Source of the DNA: a virus
Reading direction: 5' to 3' (one strand)
IMG/VR virus record: IMGVR_UViG_3300032753_000007
Span: 32,001 to 96,000 of that record
Length of the DNA stretch: 64,000 nt
Under the pieces are notes generated by a model. It was not told the origin of the DNA. It made no database searches and saw only the letters and a program-made list of their open reading frames with translations. Positions 1 to 7,338 of this stretch are shown in pieces (the first letter of the stretch is position 1; every line of letters starts with the position of its first letter). The translations under genes were made by a program, and so were the position numbers.

Positions 1-189
1 AATAATCTTTCATTGTATATTAAACAAATATTACAAGAAGGTTGTTGTAGTCAGTTGTTTATTATAGAGCACTATACGCATGTACAAAACTTTTTACCTA
101 ATCATGATACTATTGTGTTAGATGCTACTAACATTACTGTACCCGATAATTATAATCAACATACCACCATTAAAACAGGAGTAGATTAA
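1..189 (+). CDS. 3' end of probable SbcC/Rad50-like SMC ATPase (partial; phiKZ gp165-like position)
   Basis: Frame 1 is open from the window edge: NNLSLYIKQILQEGCCSQLFIIEHYTHVQ...GVD*. QLFIIEH resembles the ABC/SMC H-loop (QxFxISH). Lies directly upstream of the spike gene, as in phiKZ-like phages. Confidence 0.6.
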   Translation, partial: NNLSLYIKQILQEGCCSQLFIIEHYTHVQNFLPNHDTIVLDATNITVPDNYNQHTTIKTGVD

Positions 190-1022
190 TGACACCTAAT
201 AGTAACTTAGTATCAGTAGGCATTGGTACTGTAGCACAAGATAAAAATGATAATAGTCGGTTTATATCTGTTTATTTATCAGAACAACATCCTTTTTATG
301 AAGGTGATGTAACGAATGATGTTGCTGAAATAGAAAGAACGGTTATAGATGAACATGGCAATAGTACTAAACTAAATCTCTATAAAACAATGGCTGTTAA
401 AGCTGATTGGTTAGAAGATGAAAGTAATAGAGAAACAGCACCCCATGTAAAAAAAGGTGAATCCGTTAATGTATTTGAAAAGAAAGATACAAGTGAATAC
501 TATTGGCAGCCTCGTAAAAAGAATAACCCTACGCGTAGAGCTGAAGCCGTTACGTTTGCATGGAGTGCTGCTAGTCAAAGTAATGACATAGATATTCCTA
601 AAACAGCAGATAATCATTATAGCGCTACTGTTGATGGTATTAATGGCCATATTACCATTACTACATCGAAAGATAATGGTGAAGTAGCTAAATACACTAT
701 ACAAGTACAAGGTAAACAAGGACATGTTACTGTAGCAGATGATTTAGGTAATCTGATTCAACTAAACTCATCTACAAAAACAATTACATTATCTAATGGT
801 GATAATACTTATGTTCAATTATCTGGCCCTAATATACTAGCAAATGCAAATGAAACTATTTTATTAAAAGCAAATAATATTGTATTGGACAGTAGTACCG
901 TATCTATAACAGGTACAACACAAACTAACAATAACGTTAATGTAACCGGTGATGTTAGTGTAAGCGGTACTACTACAACAAATACAATTAATGCTTCGAC
1001 TTATATAGGGGATAATGATTAA
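189..1022 (+). CDS. Baseplate central spike / gpV-like virion protein (phiKZ gp164-like)
   Basis: N-terminal OB-fold-like region (GTVAQDK...APHVKKGESVNV...YYW) followed by beta-strand repeats and a C-terminal beta-helix pattern (VSITGT..NVNVTGDVSVSGT). Confidence 0.65.
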   Translation: MTPNSNLVSVGIGTVAQDKNDNSRFISVYLSEQHPFYEGDVTNDVAEIERTVIDEHGNSTKLNLYKTMAVKADWLEDESNRETAPHVKKGESVNVFEKKDTSEYYWQPRKKNNPTRRAEAVTFAWSAASQSNDIDIPKTADNHYSATVDGINGHITITTSKDNGEVAKYTIQVQGKQGHVTVADDLGNLIQLNSSTKTITLSNGDNTYVQLSGPNILANANETILLKANNIVLDSSTVSITGTTQTNNNVNVTGDVSVSGTTTTNTINASTYIGDND

Positions 1023-1483
1023 TGAGTACTAAAGTGATAGATAAAGAAATAGTAAGCTATAGTATTAAAAAAACAGAAGAGTTGACATTATCTGCTAAGC
1101 CTATTGTTCCTGAAGAACGTCCTGAATTATTAGAAGGCGTTACTTATAAGTTTAAAGCATTAGAGTTTGCTTATTATGTTACTATTAATGACATGGTACT
1201 AGAGAATGAAGATGGTAGTAAAACATATATTCCTTATGAAATATTTTTAAATAGTAAAAATGTAGAACACTATCATTGGATAGTGTGTACGATGCGAATT
1301 ATTTCTTTATACTTTAAAGCTAATGGCGATATAGTTAAATTAATTAGCGAATTAAAAGAAACACACGATGCTAGTGGTGGTTATTTTAAGAAAGGTGGAG
1401 GCAGAATGCCATCTGTTGTAGCTGAGTTAGGGTTTGTATTAGAAAAACACATTAATCGTTTTAAATCTGGAGATAAAAAATGA
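1022..1483 (+). CDS. TSCPD-domain / NrdJb-like protein (class II ribonucleotide reductase-associated domain)
   Basis: Motifs RPELLEGVTYK, YVTIND, PYEIFLNSKN, RIIS, ELK..D..GGY, MPSVVAELG match the TSCPD/NrdJb pattern. Confidence 0.75.
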   Translation: MSTKVIDKEIVSYSIKKTEELTLSAKPIVPEERPELLEGVTYKFKALEFAYYVTINDMVLENEDGSKTYIPYEIFLNSKNVEHYHWIVCTMRIISLYFKANGDIVKLISELKETHDASGGYFKKGGGRMPSVVAELGFVLEKHINRFKSGDKK

Positions 1484-1866
1484 ACATCAATCAAATCGAT
1501 CAAGTGCCTGTAGCAGTGTTGCCTAGCATATTGCCTTTAATAACTGCTGCTATTAAGTCAGATATGTTCATTAAATTATCTATTATTGATAATGAGTTAG
1601 ATAGCTTTGAATTAAAATCTAAAGAAACAGGAAAATGCCTTTATATGGATCCATTAAAGTTTTTAAATGGTGAAACACATGCAGAAGCTTTAATACCTAC
1701 ACCACGTAATATTCCTGAACATAATCCACATGCCGTATATCAACCAAACATTAATGTAAGAAAGTGGGATACTGAAGGACTAAAAATCAGTGATTATCCA
1801 CCTGGTGCATCGCCCAGTGTATCTACTGTAGCTACTAATAACTTTCCAATATCACGCGCATACTAG
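1480..1866 (+). CDS. Hypothetical protein
   Basis: 128-aa ORF, ATGA overlap with the upstream gene, GGAG SD. Confidence 0.6.
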   Translation: MNINQIDQVPVAVLPSILPLITAAIKSDMFIKLSIIDNELDSFELKSKETGKCLYMDPLKFLNGETHAEALIPTPRNIPEHNPHAVYQPNINVRKWDTEGLKISDYPPGASPSVSTVATNNFPISRAY

Positions 1867-1882
1867 CATAGTAACGCAGTTT

Positions 1883-1995
1883 ATAAATTCAAATAATTTT
1901 AATATAGATATAGTTTACATGAATAAAGAATAATCTTTATTAACGTATCGTTACGTTTTAACGAATTAAATCCCTGATGAAGGGAAGGAAATAAC
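1883..1995 (+). promoter_or_regulatory. Cassette leader copy 1: conserved promoter, 5' hairpins and GATGA-loop hairpin abutting the SD
   Basis: ATAAATTCAAATAATTTTAATATAGATATAGTTTACATGAATAAAGA; hairpins 1922-1941 and 1942-1957; TCCCT-GATGA-AGGGA at 1971-1985, then AAGGA. Repeated at 5869, 35845 and 59714. Confidence 0.85.
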
Positions 1996-2331
1996 ATGAA
2001 AACTTTATATATCTGTAATGCCTTTTCTCTTCAAATGCTTGCGTTTGAAGAGAACATGATACGGGTAACCCCCGTACCATCTCCAGCCGCATGGTTGGAG
2101 AATGTCGAACCATTGTTCGACATTCTCCACTCTGCCGTCGGCCATGCCGACACAGCTGCTATATTTTCTTCCGTATTAAATATGGAAGTAAAAGAAAACA
2201 GGACTTCAATATCGATGTCGAAAGACATAGAGCTATTGGTGGGCCAGTACAGCGGCCCACGCTTGCCAGAGGGGGCAACAACGCTCCCTCAGGGAGCAAC
2301 AATTAAGTGGTTCCATGTTAAGCTAGTATAA
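1996..2331 (+). CDS. acrIII-1: AcrIII-1 family (DUF1874, SIRV1 gp29/YddF-like) viral ring nuclease, anti-type III CRISPR
   Basis: 111 aa with family motifs in order: LYICNAFSLQML, SAVGHADTA (catalytic GH), NR, VGQ..GPRLPEG, C-terminal KWF. Confidence 0.85.
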   Translation: MKTLYICNAFSLQMLAFEENMIRVTPVPSPAAWLENVEPLFDILHSAVGHADTAAIFSSVLNMEVKENRTSISMSKDIELLVGQYSGPRLPEGATTLPQGATIKWFHVKLV

Positions 2332-2383
2332 GCTAGCTTAACATGGTTAGCTAGGCATCAGTGATTAATCACTGATGCCTAGC
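2313..2383 (+). terminator. Tandem hairpins / intrinsic terminator of cassette 1
   Basis: 14-bp stem 2313-2346 overlapping the stop codon, then a perfect 34-bp palindrome 2350-2383 centred on GATTAATC, then a long T tract. Confidence 0.85.
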
Positions 2384-2419
2384 CACTTTTCTTTTTTCTA
2401 TTTTTTTTTTCATTTACAT

Positions 2420-2445
2420 TATATAACTATATTATTACTAAGGTA
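2420..2445 (+). promoter_or_regulatory. Putative phage early promoter (TATATTATT core)
   Basis: CTATATTATTACTAAG. The motif recurs upstream of several accessory operons and resembles the phiKZ early consensus TATATTAC. Confidence 0.55.
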
Positions 2446-2551
2446 AATAACATATCTATTAAGTTTAGGAGTATAAATAATGGATACGTTTTCAAAACCT
2501 AATACCAAAGAAATCATATAATGCAGTATATCACAATAAGGAATGAGTATA

Positions 2552-3181
2552 ATGAATTTTAATTCTCAACAAGCAAAAAATAACACAATAATACATAAAC
2601 CATATACGTCTTTGTATTTAAATCAGTTATTAGCAGATAATAAGTTAATACTTAATTCGCGTAGTGAAGAAGTATTCTTCCCGTTAGAGATTGCACCTGC
2701 TAACGCATCAGTTAAAATTCCATGTCTTTATGATAAATCTATTTGTAAAAATAAACCAATATCTTCTAAATGGTTTTATAAAATGGAAGATCTGTTTAAT
2801 GATTTATTAGATGAAGAAAACTGGGATTGGGGTTTACCTTATCCTACATTAAATGCGTTTCAAGCTTTCTTTAACGTGCTGAATGATTTAGACCCACCAC
2901 GTAAACCAACTATTGGCGTTACATCTGATAGTGCGTTAACAATGTATTGGATTAATACAAGAGCTACTGTAGTCATTAAATTAAAAGACATCGATAATAT
3001 AACTATGCGGTTTAAAGTAACTAATGATGATTTAGTAGAGCTAACATCCGATTACATTAATAAAGCAGAATCATTTAAATGGATTTTTGAAATTCATAAT
3101 TTAAATGATGTATTACTGGATATTAAAATAAAGTATAATATTATACCTAATGTTTTTAAAATTGACGGTTTAATTAATTAA
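2552..3181 (+). CDS. Hypothetical protein
   Basis: ORF track gives 2543..3181; the ATG at 2552 has better spacing to the AAGGA SD. Confidence 0.6.
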   Translation: MNFNSQQAKNNTIIHKPYTSLYLNQLLADNKLILNSRSEEVFFPLEIAPANASVKIPCLYDKSICKNKPISSKWFYKMEDLFNDLLDEENWDWGLPYPTLNAFQAFFNVLNDLDPPRKPTIGVTSDSALTMYWINTRATVVIKLKDIDNITMRFKVTNDDLVELTSDYINKAESFKWIFEIHNLNDVLLDIKIKYNIIPNVFKIDGLIN

Positions 3182-3193
3182 AGGAAATCAGTT

Positions 3194-3376
3194 ATGTCTA
3201 TTAAAGAAATACTTAAACTATTTGTTTATACATTAACACTATTTATTGCTGTTAATGTTTTGTTTTATATTCAATTAGCAACAGTTGATGCAGAAACACT
3301 TATTATATCAAGTATAGTTTGTGATTTGTATTTTTTAATCGTTTATCTTTATCGAGTGAGATTTCTATGGAAATGA
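3194..3376 (+). CDS. Small two-TM membrane protein
   Basis: AAGGA SD; 60 aa with two hydrophobic segments. Confidence 0.6.
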   Translation: MSIKEILKLFVYTLTLFIAVNVLFYIQLATVDAETLIISSIVCDLYFLIVYLYRVRFLWK

Positions 3377-3492
3377 TTAGGTATGTAAGATTTTGTATGA
3401 TCCCTATAGTAATTGGCATAATCGCATTTTTGATTATTACTTGGGATGGATGGAGTGATGACAATGGCGACGATTACAAGCATGATATATAA
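3367..3492 (+). CDS. Small single-TM peptide (41 aa, below track cutoff)
   Basis: MEMIRYVRFCMIPIVIGIIAFLIITWDGWSDDNGDDYKHDI*; fills the gap up to the DHFR SD. Confidence 0.5.
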   Translation: MEMIRYVRFCMIPIVIGIIAFLIITWDGWSDDNGDDYKHDI

Positions 3493-3504
3493 GGAAAACA
3501 GATT

Positions 3505-4335
3505 ATGAAAAAAATAGCATTAGTAATAGCCGCTACTGAAGATCATTTGATTGGATTAGATGGCAAAATACCCTGGCACATTACAAAAGACCTACAGCGA
3601 TTTAAACACGTCACTATGGGCGGTGTCGTTATCATGGGCAATAATACCTGGAAGTCATTAAACTGCAAGCCATTACCAGGTAGAATTAATATTGTTATTA
3701 CACATGAAGATAATCTATTGCCTATACCTGAAGTACCACAAACAGATGTAGCGTATAGATTTATGTTTAATTCAGATACACCTACACCTGAAGCCTTATT
3801 AAACTTACCACAATTTAATGATTATAAACTATTTATTATTGGCGGCGCTAGCCTATATAGTAAATTCTTTAAATACTGTAATGAAATACATTACACTCAT
3901 ATCCATGATATATTAGGTACTGAAATAGATCCTGAACATAAAGGCGTTTATTATGAGTTACCTGAAATACATGAAGATGAATGGACTCAAGCTATTGTAA
4001 GTGACTATACTGATCACTCCTACGAACTCTTTATAAAAGCCAAAACACCTGATACACTTGAAGAAGCGTGGAATAGGTTTTATGATATTTTAATATCTAA
4101 TAAGGATAACTACGATGAGCGTTTTGTAAAGGCCGTTAAAACGACCTATATGAAAGGTGCATTAGATGCATTACAGATTTATTCATTAATGATAATGGAT
4201 GGTAAATGTGATTGTCCATCAACTATAACTGAAAAATTAGTTGGTCCTATCACAGTAACACTGGGTGTCGATAAATTTATTGGGTTATTGACTAAGCTGA
4301 TTATGGAACCAACTGCAGAGAATGAAAATGAGTGA
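3505..4335 (+). CDS. folA: Dihydrofolate reductase with ~95-aa C-terminal extension
   Basis: IGLDGKIPWHITKDLQRFK, VIMGNNTWKSL, PLPGRINIVIT and FIIGGASLY are canonical DHFR motifs. Confidence 0.93.
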   Translation: MKKIALVIAATEDHLIGLDGKIPWHITKDLQRFKHVTMGGVVIMGNNTWKSLNCKPLPGRINIVITHEDNLLPIPEVPQTDVAYRFMFNSDTPTPEALLNLPQFNDYKLFIIGGASLYSKFFKYCNEIHYTHIHDILGTEIDPEHKGVYYELPEIHEDEWTQAIVSDYTDHSYELFIKAKTPDTLEEAWNRFYDILISNKDNYDERFVKAVKTTYMKGALDALQIYSLMIMDGKCDCPSTITEKLVGPITVTLGVDKFIGLLTKLIMEPTAENENE

Positions 4336-4383
4336 TGATAAATTACCAAATACTCTTATACCCATTCCAAAGAGAAAAAAATA

Positions 4384-4737
4384 ATGAATGACGATTACTT
4401 TATTTCAAAGAAAGCAAAACTTTTATTTATCTTGTTTAATACATCAGGTAAACTACGAAGAGAATTGTTAGGTGTAACTTATACTACGTATATAACTGTA
4501 GCTTCAGCTAAGCTGTGGTACGATGGTACACTTGCTGTATTAGAGTGTCCAACCACATTAAATGAAAATGAATGCGATAGTGAGGCAATGCTTTCAGCTA
4601 AACTACAATTAGCACGTGTATGTGAGGATGAGGGCGTTTATCATCCTGAAGTCATTTCGTCAGCAAAATCCATATTACGTTGGATTTATAAAGAAGAAAT
4701 TTTAACCTATCATCAATCTTACTTACAAACAAAATAA
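4384..4737 (+). CDS. Hypothetical protein
   Basis: 117-aa ORF in operon; preceded by an 18-aa coupled mini-ORF 4328-4384. Confidence 0.6.
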   Translation: MNDDYFISKKAKLLFILFNTSGKLRRELLGVTYTTYITVASAKLWYDGTLAVLECPTTLNENECDSEAMLSAKLQLARVCEDEGVYHPEVISSAKSILRWIYKEEILTYHQSYLQTK

Positions 4738-5009
4738 TGACATTAGTTATTCAAGAAAAATACTTCTCATTTGAAACAGAAACCATTAAAGAAAAAATAG
4801 AACGATTAACAGTACATCGCAATAACCTCATGGAGCAATATGGCAATACTGCTGCAAGTGAACGAGAGAAATGCGTGTTATTAGAATTTGATAAAGATAT
4901 TAAAAGACTCAAAACACAATTGAGTCCTAAAAATGCTGCTAAAGAAAAAATAGAAAAGGAAGAAATTGATAAAAAGAATTGGGGATATTTAGGTAAAGTA
5001 CATGGTTAA
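4737..5009 (+). CDS. Hypothetical coiled-coil protein
   Basis: TAATG-coupled 90-aa ORF, E/K rich. Confidence 0.6.
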   Translation: MTLVIQEKYFSFETETIKEKIERLTVHRNNLMEQYGNTAASEREKCVLLEFDKDIKRLKTQLSPKNAAKEKIEKEEIDKKNWGYLGKVHG

Positions 5010-5169
5010 AAAAGATATTGTTCTTGGCGGAACAAGATATAATGTTACATATGAGCAAAAAGAAAATGAAATCATAATTCATTCTTTAATTGCTGGTGAT
5101 AAACCCATGTCAGTAAATCTTTGTATGCCTAGCGTATTAGCGTTAATTAAAAAGAAGTTAACAGAATAA
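5002..5169 (+). CDS. Small hypothetical protein (55 aa, below track cutoff)
   Basis: AGGT SD; MVKKDIVLGGTRYNVTYEQ...KKKLTE*; ends just before a palindrome. Confidence 0.55.
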   Translation: MVKKDIVLGGTRYNVTYEQKENEIIIHSLIAGDKPMSVNLCMPSVLALIKKKLTE

Positions 5170-5177
5170 ACTAACCA

Positions 5178-5209
5178 CTATACTAGATGTCATATGACAT
5201 CTAGTATAG
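5178..5209. terminator. Perfect 32-bp palindrome (terminator/processing hairpin)
   Basis: CTATACTAGATGTCAT|ATGACATCTAGTATAG, intergenic. Confidence 0.7.
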
Positions 5210-5229
5210 CCTTATTATAGGATAATCAA

Positions 5230-5553
5230 ATGAAATTTATAGATATAATAAATCATTCAGTACCAAAACATAATCTAATTGATGTAGTGCATCATTCTTG
5301 GATAATGTGCTTTGGTCATAAAACATCAAGTAATAATGACTTTTGGTTTCCCTATCAAGGTTATGGCCCAAAAAGAATGCGTATACCTATTAGGTGTTTA
5401 TCTATTGATAATGATTGGACAAAAGTTTATAAGCGTTCAAGAAAACCGTTTTGTGATATAGTCGCAAAACGATATTATAATAAGCCTGTAGCTATATCAG
5501 GTAAGTGGATTAGTAAAAAAGAAAAAGCTAAACCATGGGGCTATATTAGATGA
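5230..5553 (+). CDS. Basic hypothetical protein
   Basis: AGGA SD; K/R/W-rich 107 aa. Confidence 0.55.
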   Translation: MKFIDIINHSVPKHNLIDVVHHSWIMCFGHKTSSNNDFWFPYQGYGPKRMRIPIRCLSIDNDWTKVYKRSRKPFCDIVAKRYYNKPVAISGKWISKKEKAKPWGYIR

Positions 5554-5882
5554 GCTATATTAATAATTGGCTATATCACCATTTGCGTGATATTCAGTTT
5601 AATAAGATACTAAAGATTAATAAAAAACGCCCTAGAGTAGAAAAGAGAATGAGGAAAAGAATTAAACCTACTAAAACTAAACTATTTATTAATGTAACCT
5701 ATCGATCTTATCCTCTTATAAGGTGGTATAAAGAGCTATTAAGAGAAGAGATAGATGATATTATTTTTAATAAACAAAGACTATGGATTAAAGATAGTAT
5801 TAGAGAGCGCTATAACTGGTACAGTGGGTTACGTGCTAGAGTGATTGCTTGTAAAAATAAGGATTTTTATAAATTCAAATAA
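5550..5882 (+). CDS. Highly basic hypothetical protein (3' end runs into cassette 2 leader)
   Basis: ATGA-coupled; the last codons YKFK* are formed by the conserved leader sequence ATAAATTCAAATAA. Confidence 0.55.
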   Translation: MSYINNWLYHHLRDIQFNKILKINKKRPRVEKRMRKRIKPTKTKLFINVTYRSYPLIRWYKELLREEIDDIIFNKQRLWIKDSIRERYNWYSGLRARVIACKNKDFYKFK

Positions 5883-5987
5883 TTTTCATATATATATAGT
5901 TTATATGAATAAAGAATAATCTTTATTTAGTTAACGTTAACTATTAACGCATTCATATGCTGCGATGAGCAGCAAGGATATACGATC
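5869..5987 (+). promoter_or_regulatory. Cassette leader copy 2
   Basis: ATAAATTCAAATAATTTTCATATATATATAGTTTATATGAATAAAGAATAATCTTTATT; palindrome 5928-5943; TGCTGC-GATGA-GCAGCA at 5958-5974, then AAGGA. Confidence 0.85.
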
Positions 5988-6326
5988 ATGAACAAGTTCA
6001 ATAAATTTGCCACTGACTTTTCAACAGGTTTCAAAGTGGGTTATCAAAACCCTCATCGCCTGCCAATGTATTGGGGAATGCTGAAGCTGCATTGGTACGC
6101 AGCTTTTATTAAAGCCTCATATGAGGCTAAACACTCAATTGAAAAACAAAAAGTCCCCCAGTGGGCACTGGGGATCGTGCACCGCGCTTGCGCGGTGCAC
6201 GATAAAAGAATCAACTGGGCTACCAAAAAATTTAATGGAATAGTCTTAGATGGTTGGATGGACTTCGGCTTAGAAGCGCTTAAAGCGCATCTAAGCAGAC
6301 AGATAAGGAGAGCCGAAAGAGGCTAA
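5988..6326 (+). CDS. Cassette 2 cargo: hypothetical protein (candidate anti-defence)
   Basis: 112-aa ORF behind the conserved leader; higher GC than its neighbours; coding sequence rich in hairpins. Confidence 0.75.
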   Translation: MNKFNKFATDFSTGFKVGYQNPHRLPMYWGMLKLHWYAAFIKASYEAKHSIEKQKVPQWALGIVHRACAVHDKRINWATKKFNGIVLDGWMDFGLEALKAHLSRQIRRAERG

Positions 6327-6337
6327 CCTTACGTCGG

Positions 6338-6410
6338 CTTCCAGATTACTTTAAAGTAATCTGGAAGTCAATACTGCTGCAGAGATTAATCTCTGCAGCA
6401 GTATTTTTTT
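6338..6410. terminator. Tandem perfect palindromes / bidirectional terminator
   Basis: 30-bp palindrome 6338-6367 and 36-bp palindrome 6370-6405 (centre GATTAATC) plus T tract, between convergent genes. Confidence 0.85.
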
Positions 6411-7259
6411 TTATGCTAAATCTTTATTTATTTTTTTGCTTGTTTCTGATTGGGCATAGCCTACTAGCTTTACTTGAAATAATACAATAGAAAACAGTTC
6501 TAATGCTTTAGCACAGTTTAAGATATATTCTCTTAATTGTTCTAATTTAGCTTCAGGTAATTCTTTTAGTATTTGCTCATGCTCTTTACTAGAGGTTAAT
6601 TTAGTAATGTAATCTAATAGTCTTTTTAATCTAGCGGTAATTTCAGCAGTATTTACTTTAGATGCAGTATCAATTAATAAGGTAACTTGTTTAAAGCATT
6701 TCTCATAGCCTTCTACATCACCGTATAAATCAATAAATAAACGATTATGAATACCATTATCAACGGACTGATTAAAATGCTTCATTAACTCATCATTGTG
6801 TTTTTTATAATCTAATGCATGTGGATCTAAGTTAATCCATACTTTATACAATGTTTCAGGTTTACTAATACAAATAGCTAACCATTGCTCTAATGGCTTT
6901 AATAATAAGTTATCTATATTACTCAATGTATCTAATGCTTGATGTAATGTCTCTACATAAGCAGGTAAGTCTTTATCAATATAAGCAGGTGCACAAACTG
7001 TATAGGTTGTTAATGCAGTTCTACCTAATTTATTGATATTATTAACACTCGTTTTAAAACCAGTATTATCTAAAAAGTTTAATCGTAGTGCTTTGTTATT
7101 TAACGAAGCTGATTCATCTGACAATACAGAGGTTACTTTAGTAAAGAAACCTACTGCAAAGTTTTTAACAGAAGCAAAGTCAAAGCCTTCCATAGCGACT
7201 TCAACTAAATCTTCATCTGTATATCCTAGATTTTTTAAAATAGCGTTATTTAAGCTCAT
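6411..7259 (-). CDS. Virion head protein with probable prohead-protease-cleaved propeptide
   Basis: Acidic N-terminus ending VAME|GF fits the phiKZ-type protease consensus (S/A/G)-x-E; divergent from uvsX. Confidence 0.6.
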   Translation of the reverse strand: MSLNNAILKNLGYTDEDLVEVAMEGFDFASVKNFAVGFFTKVTSVLSDESASLNNKALRLNFLDNTGFKTSVNNINKLGRTALTTYTVCAPAYIDKDLPAYVETLHQALDTLSNIDNLLLKPLEQWLAICISKPETLYKVWINLDPHALDYKKHNDELMKHFNQSVDNGIHNRLFIDLYGDVEGYEKCFKQVTLLIDTASKVNTAEITARLKRLLDYITKLTSSKEHEQILKELPEAKLEQLREYILNCAKALELFSIVLFQVKLVGYAQSETSKKINKDLA

Positions 7260-7338
7260 AGTTTTCTCATTTTATTTAATTAGTAACCCCCATTATTTTA
7301 TAGACAATCCGTTAACTTAACAAATTGGATATATAATA

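Noticed and set aside
1974-1992. CTGATGA...GAAA looks like a hammerhead ribozyme core (or a box C motif)
   Set aside because: There is no stem II between the motifs, and the other three leader copies read CGATGA or CAATGA, so only the RATGA loop is conserved.
2031-2306. Alternative-frame ORFs 2031..2228(-) and 2091..2306(+) over acrIII-1
   Set aside because: By-products of the GC-richer, palindromic coding sequence; no SD or recognisable motifs.
2480-2545. In-frame TAA codons between a strong SD-ATG and the downstream ORF, suggesting stop-codon reassignment
   Set aside because: TAA, TAG and TGA all terminate well-supported genes, and core genes are intact under the standard code.
2350-6405. 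Cassette-end palindromes as integron attC sites
   Set aside because: They lack the RYYYAAC/GTTRRRY ends and extrahelical bases, and no integrase is in the window; the T tracts favour terminators.
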